From positions 134,540,001 to 134,604,000 of the forward strand of contig NC_042998.1 in assembly GCF_006345805.1 (NCBI RefSeq): 64,000 nucleotides of DNA, given 5' to 3'. This DNA comes from Octopus sinensis. Lineage: Eukaryota. Below the pieces are notes generated by a model that had not been told where the DNA came from, made no database searches, and was given only the letters and a program-made list of their open reading frames with translations. Positions 12,742-25,390 of this stretch are shown in pieces (the stretch's first letter is position 1; each line of letters opens with the position of its first letter). Made by a program: the position numbers and the translations under genes.

Positions 12742-13306
12742 TTAGCCCTTTAGCATTCAAATCACTCTGTCAAATGTGATGCTCACTTATCCATAATGTT
12801 TGAATTAAATATCCATTATCTTGTAGCTTTGAGATTTCAATAACATAATTGTTTATTTTTCAAATAATATTGTAGTGTAGGTGTGTGAGTGAAGGTATAT
12901 GGTTTAGTGATTAGAGTATTCAGCTCATGATCATAAAGTTGTGATAACTGGTAGTACATTGTGTCCTTGAGCAAGACACTTTATTTCATGTTGCTTCAGT
13001 CCACTAATATGGAAAAAAATTGTAGTACTTGTATTTCAAAAGGTCAGCCTTGTCACATCCTGTGTCATGCTGAATCTCCTTCAGAATTACATTAATGGTA
13101 TGTGTGTCTGTGGAGTGCTCAGCCACTTGCACATTAATTTCATGATCAAGTTGTTCCATTGATCGGATCAACCAGAACCCTTGTTGTTGTAACCAATGGA
13201 GTGCCAGTTAGTTAGTAGGTGTGTGAGATCAGATCTGTCCAGTTTTAACATAGAACAAATAGAATACTTGAGCTGGATATGGCCAATTTAAATGCTGAAG
13301 TGTTAA
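12742..13306. mobile_element. piggyBac-like MITE containing a nested SINE (12890-13214)
   Basis: Ends ccctttagcatt / aatgctgaagtgttaa. The inner SINE is flanked by the 13-bp direct repeat gtaggtgtgtgag (12877-89, 13215-27). Confidence 0.7.
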
Positions 13307-15399
13307 AGCGTGTATTATAGGCCCAGCTTCATATATAGGACCTAGAATGATGTTTTGAGACAATGTTTTTGAAAAAAGGGTCTTATATGCTATCAAATAA
13401 GTTAGTTTACATAAGATTTAGATTAATATACTATATGATGGCAGTGTTTCACATCTATAAACAATATCTTACAAGTAAACAGATTTGAAAAAACATTCTT
13501 TTTCACTTGTGATTTAATGTGCAAAGTGGATTTATATTTCACTGCATATATTCTAAGATTTTTTGATAAACCAGAATTTTTTTATTAGTGCAGTGATATA
13601 CAGGACTGGTAAATATCATGGTGTGGATAATTTAAACAAATAGCTCTTTGTAGCTTAGAATGCTTGCTCACTCTAAGCTTGCATGTTCATTCCTGCATGA
13701 CAGTTTATCTCTTAATGTGTCAACTGTTTTTCTCCAAGGAAATTTAGTTTGAATTGGCAGAGCTTAAAAAAAAAAGAAAACAATAAGTAGGGGAAAAGCC
13801 CATTAAAATTTATCCAATGGAAAATTTATATGCTTCTTAACAAACATTGAAATAAATACTCCAAACTTGATTCTAGTCACTACCTCCTGCAAACATGAAA
13901 ATGCTCACCAATGAGGGAACCTGTAAGTGCTTTCCTGACATATTAGAAATAACTACTAAAGCTCCATCAAATCACTCTTAACCTCTGAAGAAAAAATACC
14001 ACTTACATACGATAATATAGTTTGTGATGCAATGTCTGATAATAAGAGGAGTTTATCGTGGCTGCTCAACCAGGGCTGGCCAGGGGTTAAGAACAACACT
14101 AAAACCATAGGTACTGAGACACAAACTTCTATCTGTTTCCAACTAACATCTGTTTCCAACTAACCAACCTGACTACATATTCAGTTCCAACTTTGGCACA
14201 AAATCTGGTGCTTATGTTTATGTACTGTTCACTATTTCTGTTCAAAAAATTAACCATCATGATCAAAAAATTAACCATCATGTTTAATTAACCATCATGA
14301 TAAAAAAATTAACCATCTTTAAAATTCCTATCCCATGATTACCTCTCTCCAATTTTATATTGCTTTCTTAATTCTTTCAATCATATTTAATCCTTTCCAT
14401 TATCTTATATCCAATATCAGATTCCTTAAGCAATAATATACAAGTTCCCCTAAATCCCCAATTCCAATTTTCTTCATGAATTAATTCATCAAGATGAAGG
14501 CGGCAAATGTCCCTGAGCTTATATGTTATCATAGACTGATATTATTGAAATGCAATTAATGTTCTACTCAATATCTCTGGGTAGGTGTCTTTTGGGAAAA
14601 TGTGATTTGGAAGAGAATTCCAAAAGTTTAAAATTCTAGAGAGGAAGGACTGGTTAATGCAGCGTCTTTGAAATGAGACATTTTGAATAAATAAGAGCTT
14701 GCAAGATGAGTGAAAGTAGCAAGCAGTTTAGTTCAGAGAAGCTGGGGCTTTTGAAATAGAGATTAAGGTGTTGGTGAGTGAATATTTACCAATCATATAG
14801 ATTTGTTTTTTTTTTCTTTGTTTTTTTTTTTTGTACGTGTGTGTGCTTTAGAATGTTTGTATAACTGCAACACCATCCCTGATGCTAAATTTATTGGTCT
14901 TACCAGAGGGAGGTAGCTTTATGCTAGGAGATGTGGGGGTAAAATATGAGAGAAGGATCCAGGGTAGAACAGGACTCCTGCTGTAAAGGGGTCATTAGGC
15001 TACTCGCACTTTAGAGGAGAATGTGTAGGAAGTTGGGTGGTGCAAGAAATAAAAAAAAAAATAATGGTGATGAGGCATCTGGGTAAACCCTCAGGATATG
15101 GGATGAGTAGATGTTAGTGAGGGCTGAAAGAATTGGGGTTGTGGGTGGAGGCTGCAAGAGTGCGTGGGAGTGATGGGAATGAGTGAGGCAGTGAATAAAA
15201 TGAAGAATAAGTGTTGAGGGAATGATAAGTAGTGGAGATAGGGAGTAGTAGATGACAACTGTAGATATTGGGTAGGGTTGAGGGGTGGATGTAGTGAGTG
15301 GTGGATAAAGTTTTAATTGTGTATAGCCTAATACTAGACACAGTGAGGTATGAGATTATTTCTTTATTGTATGCAGTGTTTGGGTCTTTGTGTTATTGA

Positions 15400-16120
15400 A
15401 AGAGACAACAGCATCATGTAATTGATTCTGAGGTTTCTGTTCCTGAAAGCAGCTCAAGTTTAATGAGGCATCTAGGTTACATATAGAGGGCACTTCTGTG
15501 CAAAAGGTTATGGATTAGGGAAGAATGAATGTTATTAGAGATGTTGAGAAGAAGCAAGACATTACAGGGAGACAAGTGTAGGGGAGGACATAAACTCAAG
15601 ACACTCCAGAGTTGATAGTATGGGTCAGTGAGAGGCTAGTCAGCACACAGTGTTGGTATGATCTAACAGGAAGACTGTAGTCCAGGAGATAAAAAGATGG
15701 ATGAAGCCCATAAATAGGCAGCTTATCTAGTAATGCCAGACAAGGTCAAATATTTTGCTGATGTCAAGTACAACAACACTGTTTTTGGTGAAGTTCTCAA
15801 TTGCAAGGCACTGGTATTCTGTGGCATAGGAAACCAGGTCCCTTGTAGATCAAGCTTTATGGTAGCTGTACTGAAGAGGGAGAGAGACTTAAGGTATTGA
15901 AGACAGTGATAGTTAATTTTTTTAATGGCATAATCAGAGGCGGAAGAGCTGCATCCATGATGATTTTTCAGCACCTCCAAAACTAGCAGTAGGATGCCAT
16001 TTATTTGTTGCAGAAAAAAAAAGGTACTAACCATACCAGCCAACATCTTGAATATAAGAGATGAATCATTCTCCATCTGCTTATATAGAAGAAAATATAG
16101 TCCTTCATCTTTGAAACACA
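15400..16120 (-). mobile_element. Degenerate non-LTR retrotransposon fragment
   Basis: RT-like residual ORF 15723-16121 with many disruptions; clade not determinable by eye. Confidence 0.4.
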
Positions 16121-16363
16121 TCTCTTCACCTGATCTATTTGAATTATGAATGTGATAGTTAGTTCCCTAAAATAAACAATGACAATATGTAGAAAGTAAT
16201 GCCATTTATACTTGCATTTGTATCATTATCATCATATGTATATACACCTAAGTTCATATTCGTATGTACTAATAATACTTATTCCTGCAGTAAACTTAGA
16301 TATTTTCATTGTACTTAACCTGGCTTGACTTGTATAAAAGATAAGTTACAACTATATCCAAAT

Positions 16364-17126
16364 TTAATGTAAAGTATAAAAGCCATCTCAATATGGCTAA
16401 CCACAAAGCGGGGTGTTACTGTAGCTTTTTAGCCCCAGGAGATCGTCTCCAGCTGGCTTTAGACACACTTTCTGTACCCTTAAGGTATTTGCAAAGGGAG
16501 GCCATCCCTTTCTCGTAAGCCTGAGTGATACGCACCGGACCGGTTTCGAGATTATTGTCTCTTATCAACGGGCGGTAATCACCAGATCACGATGAAAGAC
16601 AAGGCCTGCAAATATATGAGTTTTTCTAGTGATGTCTGCCACTGATTTCGATGATCTCCTGGGGCTAAAAAGCTACAGTAACACCCCTCCTTTGTGGTTA
16701 GCCATATTGCGATGGCTTTTATACTTTACATTGTCGAGTGATTACTGTTTACATCTCGTTCTGAGAATTAATAATGCTTACAGTCAGTCTTTCGAAATCA
16801 GTGGCAGACATCACTAGAAAAACTCTTATATATTTGCAGGCCTTGTCTTTCATCATGATCTGGTGATTACCGCCCGTTGATAAGAGACAATAATCTAGAA
16901 AACCTGTCTGGTGCGTATCACTCAGGCTTACAAGAAAGGGATGGCCTCCCTTTGCAAATACCTTAAGGGCACAGAAAGTGTGTCTAAAGCCAGCTGGAAA
17001 CGATGATCTCCTGGGGCTAAAAAGCTACAGTAACACTCCCCTTTGTGGTTAGCCATATTGAGATGGCTTTTATACTTTACATTGTCGATGATTACTGTTT
17101 ACATCTCGTTCTGAGATTTAATAATG
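16364..17126. mobile_element. Non-coding fold-back element with 12-bp TSD and hammerhead motifs (Penelope-like/retrozyme-like)
   Basis: Direct repeat ctatatccaaat at 16352-63 and 17127-38. Inverted arms 16366-16651 / 16792-17083. Internal direct repeat ~16652-16777 / ~17003-17126. Confidence 0.85.
16535..16571 (-). ncRNA. Minimal type I hammerhead ribozyme, U3:A8 core variant
   Basis: Minus strand: CCG-TTGATAA-GAGA caataa TCTC-GAAA-CCG-GTC-CGG. Helix I CCG/CGG, helix II GAGA/TCTC, palindromic helix III ACCGGT, GUC triplet. Confidence 0.75.
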
Positions 17127-17519
17127 CTATATCCAAATCGTTGCTATCAAATTTATGACTGAAGATGCATGATGATATATTGGTATTTTATTACACATAT
17201 GTTGATAGGAACATCTTTTTCTTCTTAAATCTGGTCTAGGAATCTGGTTTGGTTATCATTGTCATTGGGTGATATATCTCCCAATGACTAGCACCCACAA
17301 GACTCAGTTGTTCTCCTTTACCAATTTTCAATAATCTTTTTGAAAATTCTTCACGAAATAATACAAAATTTACTAAAATGTATTGAAACAGTATTTTGCC
17401 TAAAAGAGAGATAAATTGAATTCTTTCCATTCTGTATTTGATGGCATAAAAGAGCAATGACATGTTAGATGCAGCCCAATTTCAGTAATGCATATTCAGG
17501 AAAAAAGTTTTTAGTATAT

Positions 17520-17940
17520 TAGGCGCAGGCTTGGCTGTGTGGTAAGTAACTTGCTTCTCAAGCACATAATTCCAGGTTCAGTCCCACTGTTTGGCACCTT
17601 GGACAAATGTCTTCTACTATAGCCTCAGGCCAACCAAAGCCTTGTTAGTTGATTTGGTAGACAGAAACACACACATACATACATACACGCACACACATAT
17701 ATATATGTATAGATTTATGTGTATGTCTGTGTTTGTCCACAACCACCATTGCTTGACAACTGATGTTGGTGTGTTTATGTCCCCATAACTTAGCAGTTTG
17801 GCAAAAGAAACCAATAGAATAAGTACTAGGCTTACAAAGAATAAGTCCTGGAGTTGGCTGCTTTGCCTAAAAAACCCTTTAAGGTGGTGCTCCAGCATGG
17901 TCACAATCAAAATGACAAGTAAAAAAAATAAGAGAATATT
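17520..17940 (+). mobile_element. tRNA-derived SINE
   Basis: Head aggcgcaggcttggctgtgtggt...ggttcagtcccactg, core tggacaaatgtcttctactatagcc, A-rich tail. Confidence 0.8.
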
Positions 17941-18389
17941 AGCTTATGGGTACCCCAACTTTGTATATAAGACCCAGGGTAAATTATTGAGACATTTTTC
18001 TGGGAAAAAGTGTCTTGTATACCATCAAATATGGTATTGATAGCTGACATAGAATATTCTTTTCTACTCTAGGCACAAGGCCCGAAATTTTTGGAGAGGG
18101 GGTTAATCAATTAGATGAGCCCCAGTACACAACTGGTACTTAATTTATCGACCCCAAAAGGATGAAAAGCAAAGTTGACCGCAGTGGAATTTGAACGCAA
18201 CGTAGACAGATGAAATATTGCTAAGCATTTCACCTGGCATGCTAACATGCTGACATGTAGAATATTGAGAACTAAATCCCACTACCAACACCACCAAAAT
18301 CTTTATGCTCCCTTGCCAATGTTTAGAGCTTTTTTTTCTTTTGTTTTTTCAATTAAGATATATGGCTTGTCTTTGTGTTCTTTCTGAAT

Positions 18390-18745
18390 TGCAATTTTGT
18401 TGTGATATGGCCCGACGGGCTTCCGTGCCGGTGGCATGTAAAAAGCACCATCCAATCGTGACCGTTTGCCAGCTTCACCTGGCCCCTGTGCCGGTGACAT
18501 GTAAAAAGCACCATCCGACCGTGGCCATTTGCCAGCCCCATCTGGCACCTGTGCCGGTGGCACGTAAAAAGCACCCACTACACTCACGGAGTGGTTGGCG
18601 TTAGGAAGGGCATCCAGCCGTAGAAACATTGCCAGACCAGACTGGGCCTGGTGCAGTCTTCTGGCTTCCCAGACCCCAGTTGAACCGTCCAACCCATGCT
18701 AGCATGGCAAGCAGACGCTAAATGATGATGATGATGATGATGATG
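18390..18745 (+). mobile_element. RTE-LINE 3' tail with tandem repeat units and (GAT)n end
   Basis: gtgccggtggcacgtaaaaagcacc units, then cactacactcacggagtggttggcgttaggaagggcatccag...(GAT)n. Confidence 0.75.
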
Positions 18746-18972
18746 GCACTTCTCCTTAAATTCTGAAATCATCTTCAAATGCAGCTTTTGTTGCAGCTTT
18801 CAACATTTAAATTATGGTTGAAAATGTCTAATTTAAATTATTTTAATAGAATTCTATATTTAAGAGATGAGGAATTATGTACCTTATTTACTTTTGGCGG
18901 ATATTTGTCCTCCTCTTGTTTGTTGTTAACACAACATTTTGGCTGATATACCAAGGTTCAAAATTTCCCTAA

Positions 18973-19018
18973 GACACCTGATGAAGGCTGGAGGGTATAT
19001 CAGCCGAAACGCTGTGTT
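18973..19018 (+). ncRNA. Minimal hammerhead motif, cleavage site mutated
   Basis: GACAC-CTGATGA-A-GGCTG..CAGCC-GAAA-CG-CT-GTGTT. The inverted copy at ~18928-18951 implies ancestral GAAACGTT. Confidence 0.65.
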
Positions 19019-19232
19019 AATGAACAAGATGAGGACAAATATCTGTCAAATGTAAATAATCTAAATATTTTAGTTACCTGAAAGCTGTTTTTTTATGCCA
19101 GTTTATTGAAGTAGTTAATTGCTGTGTCTTCAGTTTCTTTTTTTTCTTTTTTTCCCTGATAGCATCAGAAGATATATCATTTTCTGCTTAATTGAATCTT
19201 CTTGTTTTCAAAATCCTCTGATATATTTAAAC

Positions 19233-19316
<84 letters not shown>

Positions 19317-19341
19317 TAAGCAACAAGGATATCCAGAGGTA

Positions 19342-19430
19342 ATGCAGTACAATCGTTTCATGTGACTCCATTTAATTGAACAATGCAAACATTACATCAA
19401 TTTAAAATGTAGAGCAATCTTCAGCTGCAT
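19342..19430 (-). ncRNA. Type I hammerhead motif, imperfect helix II
   Basis: Minus strand: ATGCAG-CTGAAGA-..-GAAA-C GATT G-TA-CTGCAT. Perfect 6-bp helix I, GUA triplet. Confidence 0.6.
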
Positions 19431-19625
19431 AAAAATATAGAATGTAATTAAATTCTATATTCAAATGGAGTCGCATGAAACGATTGTACTGCATTACCTC
19501 TGCATATCCTTGTTGCTTATTTTAATTATAATCACCCCATTTTGAATTATATGGATAATAACCATACTAAATTCTGGTGCCTTCAACTTAAGTACCATAT
19601 TTATCTGAATCTAAATTTTACTAAA

Positions 19626-19678
<53 letters not shown>

Positions 19679-19880
19679 ATAAGATTATTTGAAATTTTAT
19701 ATATGCATGGCTGTATTGTAAGATACTTGCTTCCCAGCCACATGATTCTGGTTTCAGTCCCACTGTGTGGCACCTTGGCCAAGTGTCTTCTGCTATAGCC
19801 TTGGCCCAACCAAAGCTTTGTGAGTGGATTTAGTTGATGGAAACTGAAAGAAGCCCATCATATATATATATATATATATA

Positions 19881-19937
<57 letters not shown>

Positions 19938-20187
19938 ATGTATATCTATGTGTGTATGTCTTTGTATCTGTGTTTGTCCCCACCTCACTGCTTGACAAAG
20001 ATGTTGCTGTGTTTACATCCCTGTAACTTAGTAGTTCGGTGAAAGAGACTTATAGAATAAGTACTAGGCTTAAAAAAATAAGTCCTGGGGTTGATTTGTT
20101 TGACTAAAAGAAACCCTTCAAGACAGTACTCTAACATGGCTACAGTCAAATGACTGAAAAAAAAACGAAAAGAATATTTATATGTTA

Positions 20188-20223
<36 letters not shown>

Positions 20224-20755
20224 CGTACATGTATGTTTGTCTTTACACTTGTGTTGTATAAGATTATTCGAGTGTATTAGTTTTCATTATCTTTCTTAAC
20301 AACACTAACTTAAGAGTAGCATATGGAATCAACATTGCAAACATGCAGATATAAGATGTCCACCATGTTGGCTCCATTTAGATATCACTGTTTGATCAAC
20401 ACTGATGCTGTGACATACAATCCTAATATTTATACCTACAAACTTATTTTCCTTTTGAAAATAATTTTGTTTGCTGAAAAACCTTAGACGTCTTTACTTA
20501 ACAGTTGATCAACTTCAGTTTAGCTACATTACTATGTCGTCTTACATACACACCATTTTGTTGGTGAGCTCCCTTGTTCTGCTGTTCTTGTATAGTACCA
20601 ATGTAGGGGATTGGAAAATATTTGAATCAATATTCTAGCTGTGACTATTCTATTTTCTTTGGGATATGTTACCTTAAAGACATGTGATTTTTTTTTTGTT
20701 TTTTTTTACACATATATCAGTGAAATTTCTCATGTACTTTTGCTGTCTTTGTTAG

Positions 20756-20882
20756 GAGCCTGTGAAGGTACTATGGCCTGTTCCACTTGTCACGTAATAT
20801 TACCCAAACACATATACAATGCTGAATTACCATCAGATGAAGAACAAGATTTATTAGATATGGCCTATGGCTTAACAGATAC
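20756..20882 (+). CDS. FDX1: Mitochondrial ferredoxin exon with CxxxxxCxxC ([43 protein letters not shown])
   Basis: tttgttag acceptor, gtaagt donor. [2Fe-2S] Cys motif and acidic DEExDxLD helix of adrenodoxins. Confidence 0.95.
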
Positions 20883-21115
20883 GTAAGTACTTCTTCATTA
20901 TTTAATATTACAGCAGGATGTCTTTCAGACAGTAACTCCTCAAACAGGAGATTGGAGGAATTGTATAAATTCTATATATAAATTGTATAAATTTTATAAT
21001 TTTCCTAATTATTAACTATAAATACAATAGTTCAAGTTATTAAAGTAAAATAACTGATATCATTTCAAGTAAATACCTTTCTATCAACTGGTAACATTTT
21101 TGTCTCATTTTGTAG

Positions 21116-21212
21116 GTCTCGCCTTGGTTGTCAGGTTTATGTCACAGAGGATATGGACGGCGTTGAGATAAAGATTCCTACAGAAACAAACGATATACGA
21201 GGATTTTCTTAG
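21116..21212 (+). CDS. FDX1: Mitochondrial ferredoxin last exon (SRLGCQVYVTEDMDGVEIKIPTETNDIRGFS*)
   Basis: ttttgtag acceptor, in frame with the phase-2 donor at 20883. Fourth Cys in SRLGCQ. TAG at 21210-12. Confidence 0.95.
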
Positions 21213-21259
21213 AACTTGGTTGTTTAAATTTTATACATCCTGTAAAATAGTTTGAAGAA

Positions 21260-21273
21260 AATAAATTAATAAA
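21260..21273 (+). terminator. Candidate polyadenylation signals of the ferredoxin gene
   Basis: AATAAA at 21260-65 and 21268-73, ~50 nt after the stop, followed by T/GT-rich sequence. Confidence 0.55.
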
Positions 21274-22249
21274 ATTTCACTATAATCTTGTTCTAAATGC
21301 AGAATATTGTTTTGTACTTAAAAAAACAAAAAGTCTGTGATTGATATTTTTATGAGTCATCATTGTCATCATTATTTCTTGTTTTTCTTGTGTGAGGTTG
21401 AGGGAGATTTTCTACAGCCCATTGTCCTTGACCCTCACCTGTTTCCAAGCTAAGTAATATTTCCCATGGCCAGACATGATTTCCACAGAAAACTGGAAAC
21501 AAAAAACATTGCTTGTTTACAACCATGATGTCAAGACAGAGGAACACACACATAATATTAGCTTAACAAAGTCAGTTTTGGCATGGTTTTTACAGTTGGA
21601 TGCCCTTCCAAATGCCAACCAATTTACAGTATGGACTGAATGATTTTTATGTGATGCCAGCACTGGCTGGGTCACCAAGTAACTTGCAAGACAAATGTTC
21701 TTTGAGAGGAGAGAGGACATTGGAGGAGGTGATCTTGTGCCAGATGATGAAAGGTTAGTGTGACAGATAGAAACAGGTGTCTTGCTGTAGAGGAGGTACA
21801 TGGTTACCTGGCCAGGGAGGGAGAGAGTGATCAGGAATGAGGACAAAAGCAGGTGTGCTACTGTTGAGGAAATACATGGTTGCCCAGCCAGAGGGAAGAG
21901 AAAGAGAGTGGAAGACAACAAGAGTGCAAGAGAGAGATGGTGGCAAAGTGTCAGGGTGTACCCTTAAGGTACAGAGGTCATAATATAAGTGGCAGAGTAT
22001 TGCCAATGAAGTTTGAGTAGGAAGTAGAAACTTCACATGGATACATAATGTGGGGGTGGGAAATGTAGTGACTGGTGAAAACCTGGGTATATAGAGGACT
22101 ATAGGATAGCAATGATACAGTGAGGATAGGATTGGGGAATGAGATAAGCATGGTGCAAGAAAGAGGAAATGTGAAGAAGAGGGGAGACGCAGTTTGGTTT
22201 GCTGGGGTAGGGTATATGAAAAGTTTTATTGTTACACGTGGGTGGAACA

Positions 22250-22830
22250 CAGTGCTTCTAGAACTCAGTTTTGCTGATGCGGCCAAGTTTTCTCAAGAAC
22301 TTCATATTACCAGATATCTTGGTCCATTGTCATTTCCCCTGTAAGGCCCATCCTGTGATCAGTCCTCACCACTTTACTCCATGGCTTGCTGGGTCTCCTT
22401 CCGCAGGTACCATCCTTTTTCAGTAATTGGCACTTTATACAGCTGTCTTTATTCGTATGCATCACATGTCCAAACCAACATATTCTACTCACTTGCATGC
22501 TGCATTTATTCCTCTTATGCCCAACTTTTTTCTCAACACATTTGCACTTTGTCATACATGCACACTGAAGTTACACATCCAATAGAGCATACTGCCTTCA
22601 TTTCTCTCTAGTCTATGCATGTCTTCTGCAATCAGAGCTCATATTTCACTACCATGGAGTATAGGAATTTCTTTTCTAATTCTGTTACAGATTCTGCAAT
22701 AAGTGCAAGGTCATCAGCATATAATAGTTCCCATGGGCATCCACTTTTGAATTCTTCTGTTATAGTGTGGAGGACTATTATTGGACTGAGAACTGAACCC
22801 CTACTTGTACATTAAATGCATCACTGTATT
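22250..22830 (-). mobile_element. RTE-type LINE RT/3' fragment
   Basis: ELLYADDLALIA and GTCGRRPSKPWSKVV remnants. Confidence 0.75.
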
Positions 22831-23174
22831 CATGACCGACTCTCATGCTGTACGTGGTTCGTACATGTGTGTGTGTGTGTGTGTGTGCACACACGCACGT
22901 GCCCGCGCGTCATGTGCACATGTCAAACTTCAATAAATTAGCATAAATTTGGTTTGGAGAGGAGAGTAAATCTCGACAATTATTCTATTCATGAATCCTA
23001 TTTGTAAATTATGACTAAAAATAACATGTAAATTTACACTAGTTACCAAAGTATTGCATGTAAACTTACGCTAGTTACCAAAGTAAGTTATTAAAAAAAT
23101 AAAAGTACTAACCAAGAGAAATAACTCTATTGCTCCTGCTTATGCATATCTTGCTCTGCTTTTAAACAAATAAA

Positions 23175-23520
23175 ATAAGAGCACTCGGAGAGTGCAAACC
23201 TCTGCCAAGGCAACACCAACGTCCAATAATTAGCCAGAGATGATTTTTAAAATGAGAATATCTGAAATAAACTTGACTGCTCTCACAAACGAGAATATTA
23301 AAAATGAACCCAACCGCTCTAAAAAATTAAATAAAAAACAGGAAAAATAATCTAGAATCCTTGTCTGGCACTGGATCAATCCTAAAATCTAATCAGTTTG
23401 TGCCTGTCTAGAGGCCAAACATCCATGAAAGTTTCATGTAAATGCATCCAACAGTTCTTGAGATATCAAGAAACCCAACTAAAAACAATACCTCTGCCTT
23501 CACTAAGGTGGAGGTAATGA
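23175..23520 (+). mobile_element. Non-autonomous repeat with a 3' GC hairpin (Helitron-like); related copy at ~28044-28728
   Basis: Shared start agagcactcggagagtgcaaacctctgccaag and terminal hairpin acctc..cctt....aaggtggaggtaat. Confidence 0.45.
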
Positions 23521-23529
23521 TGAACTTAT

Positions 23530-25390
23530 TGTTTACAGTGCTCAAGTGCACTACAACTCATCAGAAAAGGTAACCTAAAGAGCATGTACACAGAATAATG
23601 CACAGAAAGTGAACAGTGAATGGGTCATTAAAAAAAACTGGGTTGGGGAATACTAGGTGTACTGTTGGCAAATTTTGGGAAGCATGGAAGTTTTGAAAGA
23701 TGGCTCGACAGCTAACATCTAATGCGAGCAGTTTATTTCATGCTTCAGTAATTCTGAATGAGAAAAGATCATTCCGAAAGACATGAATGCTGTGTTGTTT
23801 TTTGTTAGACATGGAATTCAAAAAGGTACCCAAAGTTGTTGTTGGAAAGATGGTGAATAATCTTGTGAGTGTCTACCAAGTTAGTTGGAGCTTTATTGTT
23901 TTCAGGCACAAGGAAGCAAGACATTCAGAAAATGGTAGATGTTTGACAACTGGTATTTGTCTGGTTGCATGTTTCTGATCAGTTTCCAGGAGATTAATGT
24001 GCTGAGTAAGATAGGGGGTTCCAGACTAGTGATGCAAACTCCAAGTGTGGACATACCATAGCCATGTACAGCTTTAAATAGATGGCTGGAGAGCAGCTGA
24101 CAAAGGTTTTACTGGGTGATGTTAAGGCACCTTCAGCTTTCTTGACAATTTTAGAAATGAGGTTTGTCCAACACAAATTGCTGTTGACAATAATGCCCAG
24201 GTCACATTCACAAACAAACTTCTTAAGATTAGTTTATTGAGTATGTAAAAGTTGGTTTTTTCCTCTCAAAATGCATGGTGATGCACTTTCCCGAGCCATC
24301 TTGTGTTGCTAATCAATAATCTAATGCTACATTGTTTCGAGGTTTGATAGCATATAGGGTCTATTCTTTTTATTTCAAGATACATCTTGATGTCACCTGC
24401 ATATTTCTACATTGTAACATTCTTCAAGTTGGCATCTAAGTCATTAACATATGCAACAAACAACAGTGGTCCAAGAACAGGTCCATGTGGTACACCAGAT
24501 GTCATTTCATAAGGTGCAGAATTTTGTCTTAGAACTGTGACTACCTACTTTTCGACCTAGGAGGAAGGACTTCAACTCATTACAGTGAGTTTTGCCATGA
24601 GTGGTTGTGTAGCACAAAGTCACAATATAAAACATCACCATCAGTGATTCAGGTGATGTCTTCCAGAGACTTGATGAGTTTGCCACAGCAGCTGGAGTTG
24701 GGAATAAATTCAAATTGTGAGCATCAAATAAGTCTGTGAGAGTTCCAGAAGTTCTAGAGTATTTCTCTGACACAGGACACCATCAGTTTGGTGGTACAGC
24801 TAGTAAGATTGATGTTACAGTTATTAACAGGTGAGATGCGATCATCCTTTTTGAACAGGAATGATGCTGGCAGTTTTCCACTGCTCTGGGTAACAGTTAA
24901 GACAGAACCCACCACATTTGAGAAGCAGATAAATAACACCATCAAGACCAGGAGAGGTATAGTTGTGCTTATTCTTGAGGTAACAAAGCAGCTTTGCTGG
25001 TGTAAACTTCACAGATGTTATAGAATTTGATGTCAGAGGTGGCAAAGATGGTACATTTTGATTTTCAGTAGTAAATATACCAAGGTAAGTGAAGCCACCA
25101 GCTATGAAAACAAATGACTGCTTTCCTAGATGCAGCTCTGAAGATATCAAAACGTTATGTCTTTTGGTAGCAGTTTTTGTGGGGGAAGGGGAAGGGTATG
25201 GTAAACAACTCCAATTAGAGTTGTTGACATGTTTATAAATATATCATAGAAAAATGACTTTAGTTGTAATTGGTTTAAGTCATCGCAAGGAATTGCTGAA
25301 AAGTTTGAACGAATGTTGACCATCACACCACTCCTATGACAATGTGGTCTTTGCAAAACAAGTTGTAACCAGCCATGTTAAAAACACCAT
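23530..25390 (-). mobile_element. CR1-type LINE, longer decayed fragment including RT
   Basis: PEQWKTASIIPVQKG, KYAGDIK (YADD-like), CPHLEFASLVWNP and the CR1 3' tail. Confidence 0.8.

Noticed and set aside
14243-14320. Short tandem aaattaaccatcatg repeats (also 14130-14165, 23030-23090, 29355-29415)
   Set aside because: Ordinary slippage duplications with no further structure.
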